DNA of 64,000 nucleotides. It comes from an uncultured delta proteobacterium (GTDB lineage: Bacteria > Myxococcota_A > Polyangia > Fen-1088). The notes beneath the pieces were generated by a model that had not been told where the DNA came from, did not search any database, and was given only the letters and a program-made list of their open reading frames with translations. Where the stretch lies: NCBI GenBank assembly GCA_963796685.1, contig CAWCMR010000005.1, positions 64,001 to 128,000 on the forward strand, in the 5' to 3' direction. Positions within the stretch are counted from its first letter, which is position 1. Each line of letters begins with the position of its first letter. Of the stretch, positions 48,223 to 57,800 are shown piece after piece. The position numbers and the translations under genes are program-made.

Positions 48223-48978
48223 GTGGCCAAAATTCGTCTCCAGAAACTCCTTGCGCAGGCTGGCGTTGCTTCGCGTAGGCGCGCCGAGGACATGATTCGC
48301 GCCGGTGAGGTCACCGTGGGTGGCGCGGTCGTGACCGAGGTCGGCATCTCGGTCGATCCGCAGCACGATCGGGTCGAGGTCCACGGCAAACGCGTGCAGC
48401 CCGAGGAACCCCAGTATCGCGTGATTCTCAAGCCCCGGACGTGTCTGGCCACGCTGGGCAAGCCCGCGGCGGACGCCGCGACGGGCTCCGCGGATCGCGC
48501 GACCCTAGCGCGTTTCATCCCCGACGTGGAAATAGGCTGGACCGTGGTGGCGCCGCTCGACTTCCTGGCCGAGGGCGTGGTGCTGCTGACCACCGACGGT
48601 GCTCTCGCCGCACGCATGTCCCGGGGCGGTGGGCACGTGCCCATGACCTACCACCTGAAATTCCAGGGCAAGGTGGGCGACGACGAGGTCGCGCGCCTTC
48701 TGCGCGGCTGGAAGTGGGACGGCCGCCCGGTGCGGCCATCCAAGGTCGTGGCCATCGCCACCACCGGAAAGAACACCTGGGTCGAGATGGTGGTCGCCGA
48801 GAGCCGTCCGCGCGTGCTCAAGGCCGCGGGCGAGCTCATCCGACACACGCTATTGAAGATTTCACGCGTTCGCCTGGGCGAAATCAGCTTCGAGGGCTTG
48901 AAGATGGGCGGGTTTCGCGATGTCACGAAGAAGGAAGTCAAATCCCTGCTTCATGACGCGGGACTCGCAGGGTCCTGA
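48223..48978 (+). CDS. rluB: S4-domain rRNA pseudouridine synthase (RluB/RsuA family), divergent active site
   Basis: RLQKLLAQAGVASRRRAE S4 domain; LDFLAEGVVLLTTDG; located after scpAB. Confidence 0.75.
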   Translation: MAKIRLQKLLAQAGVASRRRAEDMIRAGEVTVGGAVVTEVGISVDPQHDRVEVHGKRVQPEEPQYRVILKPRTCLATLGKPAADAATGSADRATLARFIPDVEIGWTVVAPLDFLAEGVVLLTTDGALAARMSRGGGHVPMTYHLKFQGKVGDDEVARLLRGWKWDGRPVRPSKVVAIATTGKNTWVEMVVAESRPRVLKAAGELIRHTLLKISRVRLGEISFEGLKMGGFRDVTKKEVKSLLHDAGLAGS

Positions 48979-49100
48979 ACCGATCCCAAATCCGGGCTGT
49001 TGCTCGCATCCAAACGCGCTACAATGCCCGCCGTGCCGGGCACTATCGACGTGAAGGACTGCCGTCCTCCGATCGGGAGAGTGTCTTCGTCTAGGTCAGA

Positions 49101-49146
49101 GCTCCATGCAGGGGAATTCGCCGGCTCCATGCAGGGGAATTCGCCG
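49101..49146. repeat. 23-bp tandem duplication
   Basis: GCTCCATGCAGGGGAATTCGCCG x2. Confidence 0.9.
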
Positions 49147-49225
49147 TCGTGGGTCCGATATGCCGGCAGACGCTTGCCAGCCGCGTTCCATTTGGCTGTC
49201 GAATCATGAGTGTTAGGAGGCCACG

Positions 49226-49681
49226 TTGGAAATCAACAAAGACTTCATGAGGCTCCTGCGAGTGTTCGCCAAGGTGGACGTTCGCTACCTACTCGTAGGA
49301 GCGTTTGCCGTCGAGTACCACGGCCAACCGCGCACCACCCGTCACATGGATCTGTGGCTCGACGACTCGGCGGAAAACATGGAGCGTGCCTACCGCGCCC
49401 TGACCGAATTCGGCGCCCCTGCCATCGCCATCGATCACCTGAACGCGGCGCCGCCGCTGGAAGTGGTTTGGATTGGCGTGCCTCCCAATCGCATCGACCT
49501 TGCCAAAGGGATCCGCGGCCTGGATTTCGTCGAGGCATGGCTGCATCGGGAAACCACCGAGCTCGAAGGCATTCATGTCCACGTCATCGGGCGCCGGGAT
49601 CTGATCGCGGCCAAGCGCAATTGCGGCCGGGCCAAGGACCTCGCCGACGCCGAAGCGTTGGAATCGGCGCCTCCAGCGTAG
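49226..49681 (+). CDS. Solo nucleotidyltransferase-fold protein (DUF6036/AbiEii-like)
   Basis: YLLVGAFAVEYHGQPRTTRHMDLW..RIDL..LIAAKR..GRAKDLAD; TTG start with AGGAGG RBS. Confidence 0.8.
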   Translation: MEINKDFMRLLRVFAKVDVRYLLVGAFAVEYHGQPRTTRHMDLWLDDSAENMERAYRALTEFGAPAIAIDHLNAAPPLEVVWIGVPPNRIDLAKGIRGLDFVEAWLHRETTELEGIHVHVIGRRDLIAAKRNCGRAKDLADAEALESAPPA

Positions 49682-49686
49682 CCGGC

Positions 49687-49751
49687 CCCTCTCAGTACCG
49701 CCGCCGGGCCGAGGGCACAGCCGAACCCTCTCAGTACCGCCGCCGGGCCGA
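49687..49751. repeat. 26-bp direct repeat
   Basis: CCCTCTCAGTACCGCCGCCGGGCCGA at 49687 and 49726. Confidence 0.85.
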
Positions 49752-49784
49752 TGGCCCGGACCCTTCGATCATGAAACGTGACAG

Positions 49785-49850
49785 CCCCTCACCCGCCTCG
49801 CTGCGCTCGGCGACCTCTCCCCGCTTCGCTTCGCTACGCGGGGCGAGGTG
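49785..49850. repeat. CCCCTCACCC...CCTCTCCCC...GGGGCGAGG-type palindromic REP-like element
   Basis: Characteristic nested hairpin motif. Confidence 0.55.
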
Positions 49851-49857
49851 TTTCAGG

Positions 49858-50292
49858 TCAGGGTTCCCATGTCCATGATCGCGTCGGCGTAGGCTGGCTT
49901 CGCCAGCCGAAGCCACAGCGCGGGAGGGTTTGGGAACCCTCTCAGGGTTCCCATGTCCATGATCGCGTCGGCGTAGGCTGGCTTCGCCAGCCGAAGCCAC
50001 AGCGCGGGAGGGTTTGGGAACCCTCTCAGGGTTCCCATGTCCATGATCGCGTCGGCGTAGGCTGGCTTCGCCAGCCGAAGCCACAGCGCGGGAGGGTTTG
50101 GGAACCCTCTCAGGGTTCCCATGTCCATGATCGCGTCGGCGTAGGCTGGCTTCGCCAGCCGAAGCCACAGCGCGGGAGGGTTTGGGAACCCTCTCAGGGT
50201 TCCCATGTCCATGATCGCGTCGGCGTAGGCTGGCTTCGCCAGCCGAAGCCACAGCGCGGGAGGGTTTGGGAACCCTCTCAGGGTTCCCATGT
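49858..50292. repeat. Tandem array of five identical 84-bp palindromic units plus a 15-bp partial
   Basis: Units start at 49858, 49942, 50026, 50110, 50194 and 50278; hairpins GGGAACCCT-CTC-AGGGTTCCC and GGCTGGC-TTC-GCCAGCC; no unique spacers. Confidence 0.95.
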
Positions 50293-50389
50293 ATAACGCA
50301 GGGAACCTAGCTGAAAAATTCGCCATCTGTTACGATGGCGACTCGGGCTGCGTCTGTCTTTCAAAGACGCCTCTCGACCCTAGGCACCC

Positions 50390-51907
50390 ATGCGTCGTGT
50401 GCTAATCGTGGATGACGAGCAGAACCTGCGGCATATGCTGCAAACGCTGCTCAAGCGCGAAGGCTATGAGCCCGTCGGGGTGGCGTCCGTCGAAGGGGCG
50501 TTGCGCGAGCTTTCCGATCGCCCCTACGACATCGTCATCACGGATCTGCGTATGCCCGGACAGAGCGGCATGGATTTGGTCGATCAGATTCGACGGCTGA
50601 AGCTGGGCACCACGGTGGTCGTCATGACCGCCTACGGCAGCCGCGACATCGCCATCGAGGCGATGAAGCGCGGCGCCTATGACTACATTTCCAAGCCCTT
50701 CGAGGCCGACGAGATCGTCCTGCTCTTGCGTAAGGCCGAGGAACGCGAGCGGTTGTTTCGCGAGAACCAGTCTCTGCACAAGCAGATTCGGGCGGGCGGC
50801 CAGGAGCCCGAGACCGGGCTCGGCGATCTGGTGGCGCACAGCCAGCAGATGCTGGACCTGTTTCGCACGGTGCGAAAGATCGCCGAATTCAAGACCACGG
50901 TGCTCATCGGCGGCGAGTCCGGAACGGGCAAGGAGCTCATCGCCCGCGCCATCCACCGGATCTCCCCGCGCGCCCAGGCTCCCTTCATCGCCGTCAATTG
51001 CGGCGCCATCCCCGACACCTTGCTCGAATCCGAGCTGTTCGGTCATCGCAAGGGCGCGTTCACGGACGCCAGCCGCGACCGCAAGGGCCTGTTCGAGGAA
51101 GCCTCCGGCGGCACGCTGTTCCTCGACGAGATTGGCGAGCTGCCGCTCGGCTTGCAGGTCAAGCTCCTCCGCGTGCTGCAGGAAGGCGAGGTCCGCCGCC
51201 TGGGAGACAGTCAGGATATCAAGGTGGACGTGCGCGTAGTCGCGGCGACCGCGCGCGACCTATCCGCCGAGGTGGGCCGCGGCGCTTTTCGCGAAGATCT
51301 CTTCTATCGCCTGAACGTGTTCGCGCTGCACTTGCCGGCGCTGCGTGAGCGACGGGAGGACATCCCGCTGCTCGTCGAGCACTTCCTGGCCCGCATGAAC
51401 GCGCGCATGGGCCTTGCGGTCGCGGGAACGTCACCCGAGGCCATGCGGATGCTCGTCGACCACGATTGGCCGGGCAATGTACGCGAGCTGGAAAACTGCG
51501 TCGAGCGCGCCATCGTGCTTTGCGAGGGCTCGCAGATCGAGGCCGATTCCTTGCCCGAGCGGCTGCAGCAGCGCTCGAGTCCACCGCCCGTGGTGCCGGC
51601 CGATACCCCGGACGACGGCGATCTGTCCATCAAACGGGCGTCCCGCCGCTCGGAGGAATCGCTCATCAGGCGCGCCCTGCACAAGACCCGGGGCAACCGC
51701 ACACGCGCCGCCGAGTTGCTCGAAATCAGCCACCGCGCCCTGCTCTACAAGATCAAGGAATACGGCATTTCCGTGGGGCGGGATACGCGCGAGCTGACCG
51801 CCATGGTCGAGGGGCGGCTGGACACGCCAACCCCGATCACCCCCCCACCTCTCACGCCCACGCCGATGTCTTCTCCGACGATCGATTCAACTTGGAGGGC
51901 CAAATGA
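50390..51907 (+). CDS. sigma54-dependent NtrC-family response regulator
   Basis: Receiver (IVDDE, TDLRMP, KP), [29 protein letters not shown] and Fis-type HTH. Confidence 0.95.
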   Translation: MRRVLIVDDEQNLRHMLQTLLKREGYEPVGVASVEGALRELSDRPYDIVITDLRMPGQSGMDLVDQIRRLKLGTTVVVMTAYGSRDIAIEAMKRGAYDYISKPFEADEIVLLLRKAEERERLFRENQSLHKQIRAGGQEPETGLGDLVAHSQQMLDLFRTVRKIAEFKTTVLIGGESGTGKELIARAIHRISPRAQAPFIAVNCGAIPDTLLESELFGHRKGAFTDASRDRKGLFEEASGGTLFLDEIGELPLGLQVKLLRVLQEGEVRRLGDSQDIKVDVRVVAATARDLSAEVGRGAFREDLFYRLNVFALHLPALRERREDIPLLVEHFLARMNARMGLAVAGTSPEAMRMLVDHDWPGNVRELENCVERAIVLCEGSQIEADSLPERLQQRSSPPPVVPADTPDDGDLSIKRASRRSEESLIRRALHKTRGNRTRAAELLEISHRALLYKIKEYGISVGRDTRELTAMVEGRLDTPTPITPPPLTPTPMSSPTIDSTWRAK

Positions 51908-52008
51908 TCGATGTGTACTCCAGAGTCGATTTTTTGATTTTTCCGCAAGGAAGCGCACAGTGTAGGTAAAGATACGACAACGCGGGATACCATAGGGAGA
52001 CAACACGA

Positions 52009-53067
52009 ATGGCCAAGAACTGCATAGGACTCGATATCGGGTCGAGCTCGGTCAAGGTCGTCCAGATCAAGGAGACCTCGAAAGGGCTGCAATTGGTCAA
52101 CTTCGGGTTCGAGCCCCTGCCCGCGCAGACCATCGTCGACGGCGCCATCATGAACCAAGGCGCGGTGGTCGAGGCCATCCGCACGTTGCGCGATAACCTT
52201 GGCATCAAGGGCCGCGAGGTGGCGTCCGCGATTTCCGGACACTCGGTCATCATCAAGAAGATCAAGGTTCCGCCCATGACGCCCGAGGAGCTGGAAGAAC
52301 AGATCCCCTGGGAGGCCGAGCACCACATTCCGTTCTCGAAGGACGATGTCGAAATCGATCACCAGCTGGTCGGCAGCGACCTCGCGTCCGGCGGCCAGAT
52401 GGAGCTCTTGTTGGTGGCAGCCAAGAAGGAGGTCGTCGCGGACTACAGCATGGTCATCCGCGAGGCCAAGCTCGTGCCCATGGTCATGGATGTCGCCGCT
52501 TTCACCATCCAGAATGCCTTCGAGGCGAATTATACGATGGTGCCCGAGGAGGCGGTGGCGGTGATCAACGTCGGCGCCACCCTGTCCAACATCAACATCA
52601 TCGCTGGCGGAACCAGCGCGTTCACCCGAGACGTGACCGTGGGGGGAAACGCCTTCACCGAGGAAATCCAGAAGCGGCTCAACGTCAGCCAAGAAGAAGC
52701 CGAGGCGTGGAAGATCGGTTCTGCGGGCGAAGGCGTGAGCGACGTCGTCCCCCAGGAAGTCGAGGCCGTCATCGCGTCGGTAGCAGACAGCGTGGCCGGC
52801 AAGTTCCAGCGCTCGCTCGACTTCTATTTGGCATCGTCGAGCGACGCGACGATCACGAAGATCTACCTGTGCGGAGGCTCCGCCAAGGTACCGGCGCTAC
52901 AAAAGGCCTTGGAAGCCAAAGCGCGCGCGGCGGTCGAGATCATGGATCCCTTCCGCAAGATCGCGGTCGACGAGCACCGCTTCGACATCGCTTTCGTCCA
53001 GCAGCACGCCGCCGAGGCCGCCGTGGCCGTGGGGCTCTCGCTGCGGCGACCGGGAGACAAACAGTGA
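52009..53067 (+). CDS. pilM: Type IV pilus assembly protein PilM
   Basis: IGLDIGSSSVK actin-like fold, LLVAAKK, LCGGSA; first gene of the operon. Confidence 0.95.
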   Translation: MAKNCIGLDIGSSSVKVVQIKETSKGLQLVNFGFEPLPAQTIVDGAIMNQGAVVEAIRTLRDNLGIKGREVASAISGHSVIIKKIKVPPMTPEELEEQIPWEAEHHIPFSKDDVEIDHQLVGSDLASGGQMELLLVAAKKEVVADYSMVIREAKLVPMVMDVAAFTIQNAFEANYTMVPEEAVAVINVGATLSNINIIAGGTSAFTRDVTVGGNAFTEEIQKRLNVSQEEAEAWKIGSAGEGVSDVVPQEVEAVIASVADSVAGKFQRSLDFYLASSSDATITKIYLCGGSAKVPALQKALEAKARAAVEIMDPFRKIAVDEHRFDIAFVQQHAAEAAVAVGLSLRRPGDKQ

Positions 53068-53690
53068 TCCGGATCAACCTACTCCCGACGCGCAAGGCGA
53101 AGCGGCAGGAGGCCAGCCAGCGCCAGTTCCTACTCATGGGGCTGGCCGTCCTGGCGACGATCGGGCTGGTCATCTTCTTCCACCTGCAAGCAACCAACGA
53201 GCTCGAAAGAGCCCAACACGACAACACCATCCTTCAGGCGGATGTGGCAAGGCTGAAGCAAGAGCTCGGCGACTACGACAAAATCCGAGGGCAACGCGAG
53301 GAGCTGCTCAAGCAACGCAAGACCATCCAGTCCCTGGAAGCGGGACGCACCGGCCCCGTGTATCTCCTGCGCGAGCTCTCGGAGATCCTGAGCCCAGGCA
53401 AGGGCCCGACCTTCGATCGCGTGACCTACGAGGAGACCCTGCGCAAGGATCCCAACGCCGGCTTCACCAACTGGGAGACCAAGCGTGCCTGGCTCGACTC
53501 GTACACGGAAACCAAGCTGGAGGTCAAGATTCGCGGCGCCGCCAAGTCCAACGAGGACGTGGCCGAGTTCCTGAAGCGCCTCAATTCCTCGGTGTTCTTC
53601 AAGGACGTCAACCTGGACGCGACGGCCCAGGCGAGCAAGGGCTCGGTGAAATATGTCAACTTCGGCCTTTCAGCCAAGGTGATCTATTAA
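53064..53690 (+). CDS. pilN: Type IV pilus assembly protein PilN
   Basis: N-terminal IRINLLP motif plus TM helix; GTG start overlaps the pilM stop. Confidence 0.93.
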   Translation: MIRINLLPTRKAKRQEASQRQFLLMGLAVLATIGLVIFFHLQATNELERAQHDNTILQADVARLKQELGDYDKIRGQREELLKQRKTIQSLEAGRTGPVYLLRELSEILSPGKGPTFDRVTYEETLRKDPNAGFTNWETKRAWLDSYTETKLEVKIRGAAKSNEDVAEFLKRLNSSVFFKDVNLDATAQASKGSVKYVNFGLSAKVIY

Positions 53691-54287
53691 ATGAACGACT
53701 TTTTGCAAAAGCTGACGCGCCTCAAGACACCGGTGAAGATCGCCGCCACGGCAGTCTTGGTGGGGATCATCCTGGGCGCCTACGGGGGACTTTTCTACCT
53801 CGACATCCAAGATCAGATCAAAGGCGCACACGCGCGGCAGGTGCAGCTCAAGGGTGAAAAGGACAATTACGAGAAGCGCAAACGCGAGTATCAAGCCTAC
53901 CGCACCGAGCTCACCCAGTTGCAACAGGAACAACGTGAGTTGCTCAAAGCCCTGCCCAAGAAGGCGGAAATTCCGACCTTCCTCTCGAATCTGCAGGAAC
54001 AAGCCGAATTGGCGGGGCTGGAAATCGTTTCCCTCACCATCGAAGCCGAGCAGCCCATGGATCTCTACATTCGGATCCCGGTGCGCATCGAGGTGCGTGG
54101 CACCTACCACAGCATCACGAAGTTCTTCAAGAACTTGAGCGAGCTCCCTCGTATCGTGAACGTCGAAAACCTCGCACTTACCGTCGAGAAGGCCGAATTG
54201 GGAGCGTCGCCACGCTTGCGCGCCAAGTTCGTAGCAGCCACTTTCCGCTATCGCGACCAACCGGGTTCGTCGGAGGGTGGCACATGA
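53691..54287 (+). CDS. pilO: Type IV pilus assembly protein PilO
   Basis: TM and coiled coil, LPKKAEIPTFL, GTYHSI..FF..LPRIVNV. Confidence 0.93.
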   Translation: MNDFLQKLTRLKTPVKIAATAVLVGIILGAYGGLFYLDIQDQIKGAHARQVQLKGEKDNYEKRKREYQAYRTELTQLQQEQRELLKALPKKAEIPTFLSNLQEQAELAGLEIVSLTIEAEQPMDLYIRIPVRIEVRGTYHSITKFFKNLSELPRIVNVENLALTVEKAELGASPRLRAKFVAATFRYRDQPGSSEGGT

Positions 54288-54865
54288 GAAGGCTGGCGAT
54301 GCTGGCGCTTGGGCTCGCCACCTTGGCGGGGACGGTCTGGTTCGCCGAGGCGGGGGAACCCGCCAAGAAGCCGGCTGCACCGGCGGCAAAGACTCCCGTC
54401 AAGGGTGCACCCGCTGCGACCACGCCCACCGCTTCCCCGACCGGTGCCGAGGCCCTCGCCCAGCGCATGGCAGTTCTGCGCCGCAAGGTCTTGCGCGAAG
54501 AGGACTTTGCCGAGAACGATGATTCCAACCGAGATCCGTTCCGCTCGTACCTCGACACGTGGATCGAACGGGGGCCCAAGGTCACCACCAGCGTGGTGTC
54601 TGCGATCTTCGCCAAATACTCCCTGGAAGAGTTGACCCTGATTGCGGTCATCAGCGGCGACGCGAACCCGCGAGCCATGTTCAGGGATCCCACCGGACTC
54701 GGGCAAACCATCAAGCGCGGCGACTACATTTCCAAGTCGGCCGCGCGGGTCACCAAGATCCTTTCTGATCGCGTCGTGCTGGAGCTGTCGGAGATAACAC
54801 CGGGAGGGGCAACCAAGGCCTTGGAACGAGCCGTCCTGGTCAATCCGGAAGGAACAGAGCAATGA
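54284..54865 (+). CDS. pilP: Type IV pilus assembly protein PilP
   Basis: RDPFRSY..YSLEELTLIAVI..AMFRDPTG..IKRGDYI; operon position. Confidence 0.88.
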   Translation: MRRLAMLALGLATLAGTVWFAEAGEPAKKPAAPAAKTPVKGAPAATTPTASPTGAEALAQRMAVLRRKVLREEDFAENDDSNRDPFRSYLDTWIERGPKVTTSVVSAIFAKYSLEELTLIAVISGDANPRAMFRDPTGLGQTIKRGDYISKSAARVTKILSDRVVLELSEITPGGATKALERAVLVNPEGTEQ

Positions 54866-57800
54866 TTTTGCAAAGAGAACGCCCCAAGCTCTTGGCCGCT
54901 TTACTGGGTGCCGCAACCCTGGCCTTGTGGTCCATGCCCGCGCTTGCCGACTCGGTTCGGGTGCGAGCTATCCAGGTGTCGGAAACGGCCGGTAACACGG
55001 CGGTGGTCATCGCAGCCTCGGCACGTCCTACCTTCACCACGTGGAAGCTGGAGCAGCCTGCGCGGGTCGTGATCGAGCTGAGCGGGGCCCGACTCGGCAA
55101 CGTGAATGTTCCGCTCGATGCCGGGACCTACGCCGTGGGCTTGGTTTCAGCCAGCGTGACCGAGGATGACAGCGCCGGGCCGCGCACGCGCATCGTGCTC
55201 ACCTTGCGCCAGACCTCCGACTACCAGGTCGAGAGCAAGGGCAACGATATCACCCTTCGCGTCATTCCACGTACAAGGCCGCCAATGGTGGTACCCGATA
55301 CCGCGGTGGCTAGACAAGAGATTGAAGCCCGCGCCAAGGCCGAGGCCCAGGCGCGCAGGGAAGCGCAAGCGAAAGAGCAGGCGGAGGCGCAAGTGCGGAT
55401 GGAGGCGCAGGCCAAGACCGAAGCGCAAGCCCGCGCCAAGGCCGAAGCGCAAGCCAAGACCGAGGCGCAAGCCCAAGCCAAGCTCGAAGCGCAGGCCAAG
55501 ACCGAGGCACAAGCCCAAGCCAAGCTCGAAGCGCAGGCCAAGGCCGAGGCACAAGCCCAAGCCAAGCTCGAAGCCCGGGCCAAGACCGAGGCCCAAGCCC
55601 AGGCCAAGGAAGAAGCCCGGGCCAAGACCGAGGCCCAAGCCGAGGCCAAGGAAGAAGCAACCAAGCGCGCCCTCGCCCAGGCTCGCGCCGACGTCCAAGC
55701 GCAATTGGCGGCCAAGGCCATGGCCGAAGCCCGCGCGCACGCCGAATCGCAACGCAAGACAGAGGCCTTGCTCAAGAACGAATCAAGGGAGCGCCTTGCC
55801 GCACAGACTGTCGCACAGGAACGAGCGCGCGCGGAGGTAGCCGCACGCGAGGAGGCGGATCGGTTGCGCCGGGAGCTGGCCGATGCGCACCGAGACGCCG
55901 CCAAGGCACGTGCCGAGGCGAGTGCCGCCAACCAGGAGAGCCAACGCGAGAGGCTGGCCCTGGCCCAGGCCGAGAACCGGGTCAAGCAGGCACAGGCCGA
56001 GACCGAGCGCGCGCGCGAGCGGGCCCATGCGGCCGAGGGCGAGTCGGCGGCGGCGCGTAGGCGCGAGTCGGAGCACGACCAGGCGCTTCGCTTGGCCAGC
56101 GAGGAAGTCTCCGCCCGCCAGAAGACGCTCAATCGGATCGCCCAGAAGCAACAAGAACAACGAGACCGCATGGCCTCGGCCGAGCGACTGGTCAGCGAGC
56201 GCGAAACCAGCGTACGCGAGTCCGCGTCTCGACTCGCCGAGCGCGAGAAGGAGGCCCAGGCCGCGCGCACCCGGCGCGACAGCCTGGCTCGCGATGCATC
56301 GAGAAGCAGCAAGGCGGAGGCCGCGACGGCGCTGGCCGAGGCAGAGCGCCAGAAGAAGAGCGCAGCAGCCGCTGCCGAGCAGTCACGCCAGGAGCTTGCC
56401 CGTGCCGTTGCCTCCCGTCGGCAGGAGGAGACCCGCAAGGATGAGCAGGCCAGTCTGCGCCGCGCCGAGGAAGACAAATTGGAGAGGGCGGTCGCGCAGC
56501 GCAAGGCCGAAGAGGTCCGCCTCGCCGATGCGCGCACCGAGCGAGCCCGCCTCGACGAGGAACGGTCCAAGCTGGAACATGAACGGGCCGAGCTCAAGAC
56601 GGCCCGCAATGCCCTGCTCGCAGAGGTCGAGCGTCTGAAGGCGTCGGCGGCGACGACCACGACGGCGGTGAGAACGACTGCGGTGTCCACGACCGCGGTG
56701 CCGGCCAAAGCAGAAAGCGTCGCAGTCAGGCCAGCACCCAGGGCAGTGGCACCTCGGTCGCCGTCCGCGGCCAGCGCACCACCTTCCCTCGCGCAAAACA
56801 CCCTGGCCCGGCGGCCGAGCCCGCCGATCCCGAGCAATACCACCCGGACGCGCTCGGTCACGCTGCGAGCGCTGAGCCACATTCGCAACATCGATTTCGT
56901 CGACGAGCCCCGCCGCGCTTCGGTCATCATCGACATCGACGACGGCGCCGTAGTTTCCGTGGAACGCATCACCGGCCACCGTTTGAGCCTGCGCATCGAA
57001 CACAGCGAGCTGCCCGAGAGTCTTGCGCGCAACCTGGACGCGACGGAGTACCTCGGACCGGTCAAGATCATCAGCTCGTACCGCGATCCCAGCGCACAAA
57101 GCACGGTGCGCGTCGATGTGGACCTGGCGGAGGACGTCCCGAACCGGGTGCGTGTGGATGGCAACCGCATCTTCTGGGATTTCCAAAAGGCACCGGCGCC
57201 CAGCCTGCCCGCGGTCGTCGTGCCGCCACCCTCGGTGAGGTTCGTTCCCGCGCAAAAGATGGCCGGATTCCTGGCGACCCTCAAAGACGGCGTGTGGGTG
57301 GGCCAGGCCATCCCGCCTTATCTCGTACCTCCAGTTCAAACGGGCGGCACGGGAAGCACGCCCGCGGCCGACACGGAAACCTCGCCTGCTGCCTCGACCG
57401 CCGCGGCGCCAACGGCTTCTGCGGGACGCCAAGGGAATGGCTCATCGGCCCACTACGGACCCATCGGCAAGAAGCGCTACACCGGCCGCCGCATCGACCT
57501 CGATTTCAAGGGCGCGGATATTCACAACATTCTTCGCCTGCTGGCCGACGTTGGCCAGGTCAACGTCATCGTGGCCGACGACGTGCGCGGCGAGGTCACC
57601 ATCAAGATGCGCGACGTGCCTTGGGACCAGGCGCTCGACGTGGTGCTACGTTCGAAGGGGCTTGGTTCGGTCCGCGAAGGAAACCTTCTGCGGGTAGCCC
57701 CACTGGCCCAACTGGAAAAGGAGCTGGAAGCGGAAATCGCCCGCCAGAAGCAGGTGGCGGACGTCCTTCCCATCGAGACGCGCCTCATCGGGGTTTCGTA

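Noticed and set aside
49858-50292. CRISPR array
   Set aside because: Units are identical end to end with no unique spacers, and there are no cas genes in the window.
49731-50326. Repeat-protein ORFs on both strands
   Set aside because: These are by-products of an 84-bp (28-codon) DNA repeat; no RBS or protein-like features.
51049-51072. GAFTDA instead of GAFTGA as a sign of a defective activator
   Set aside because: To my knowledge GAFTDA is a common variant in deltaproteobacterial and myxobacterial EBPs, and the key Phe-Thr is retained.
55221-57311. Long antisense ORFs (e.g. 696 aa opposite pilQ, 602 aa opposite recQ)
   Set aside because: Typical stop-poor shadow frames of high-GC genes; the sense genes carry the conserved motifs.
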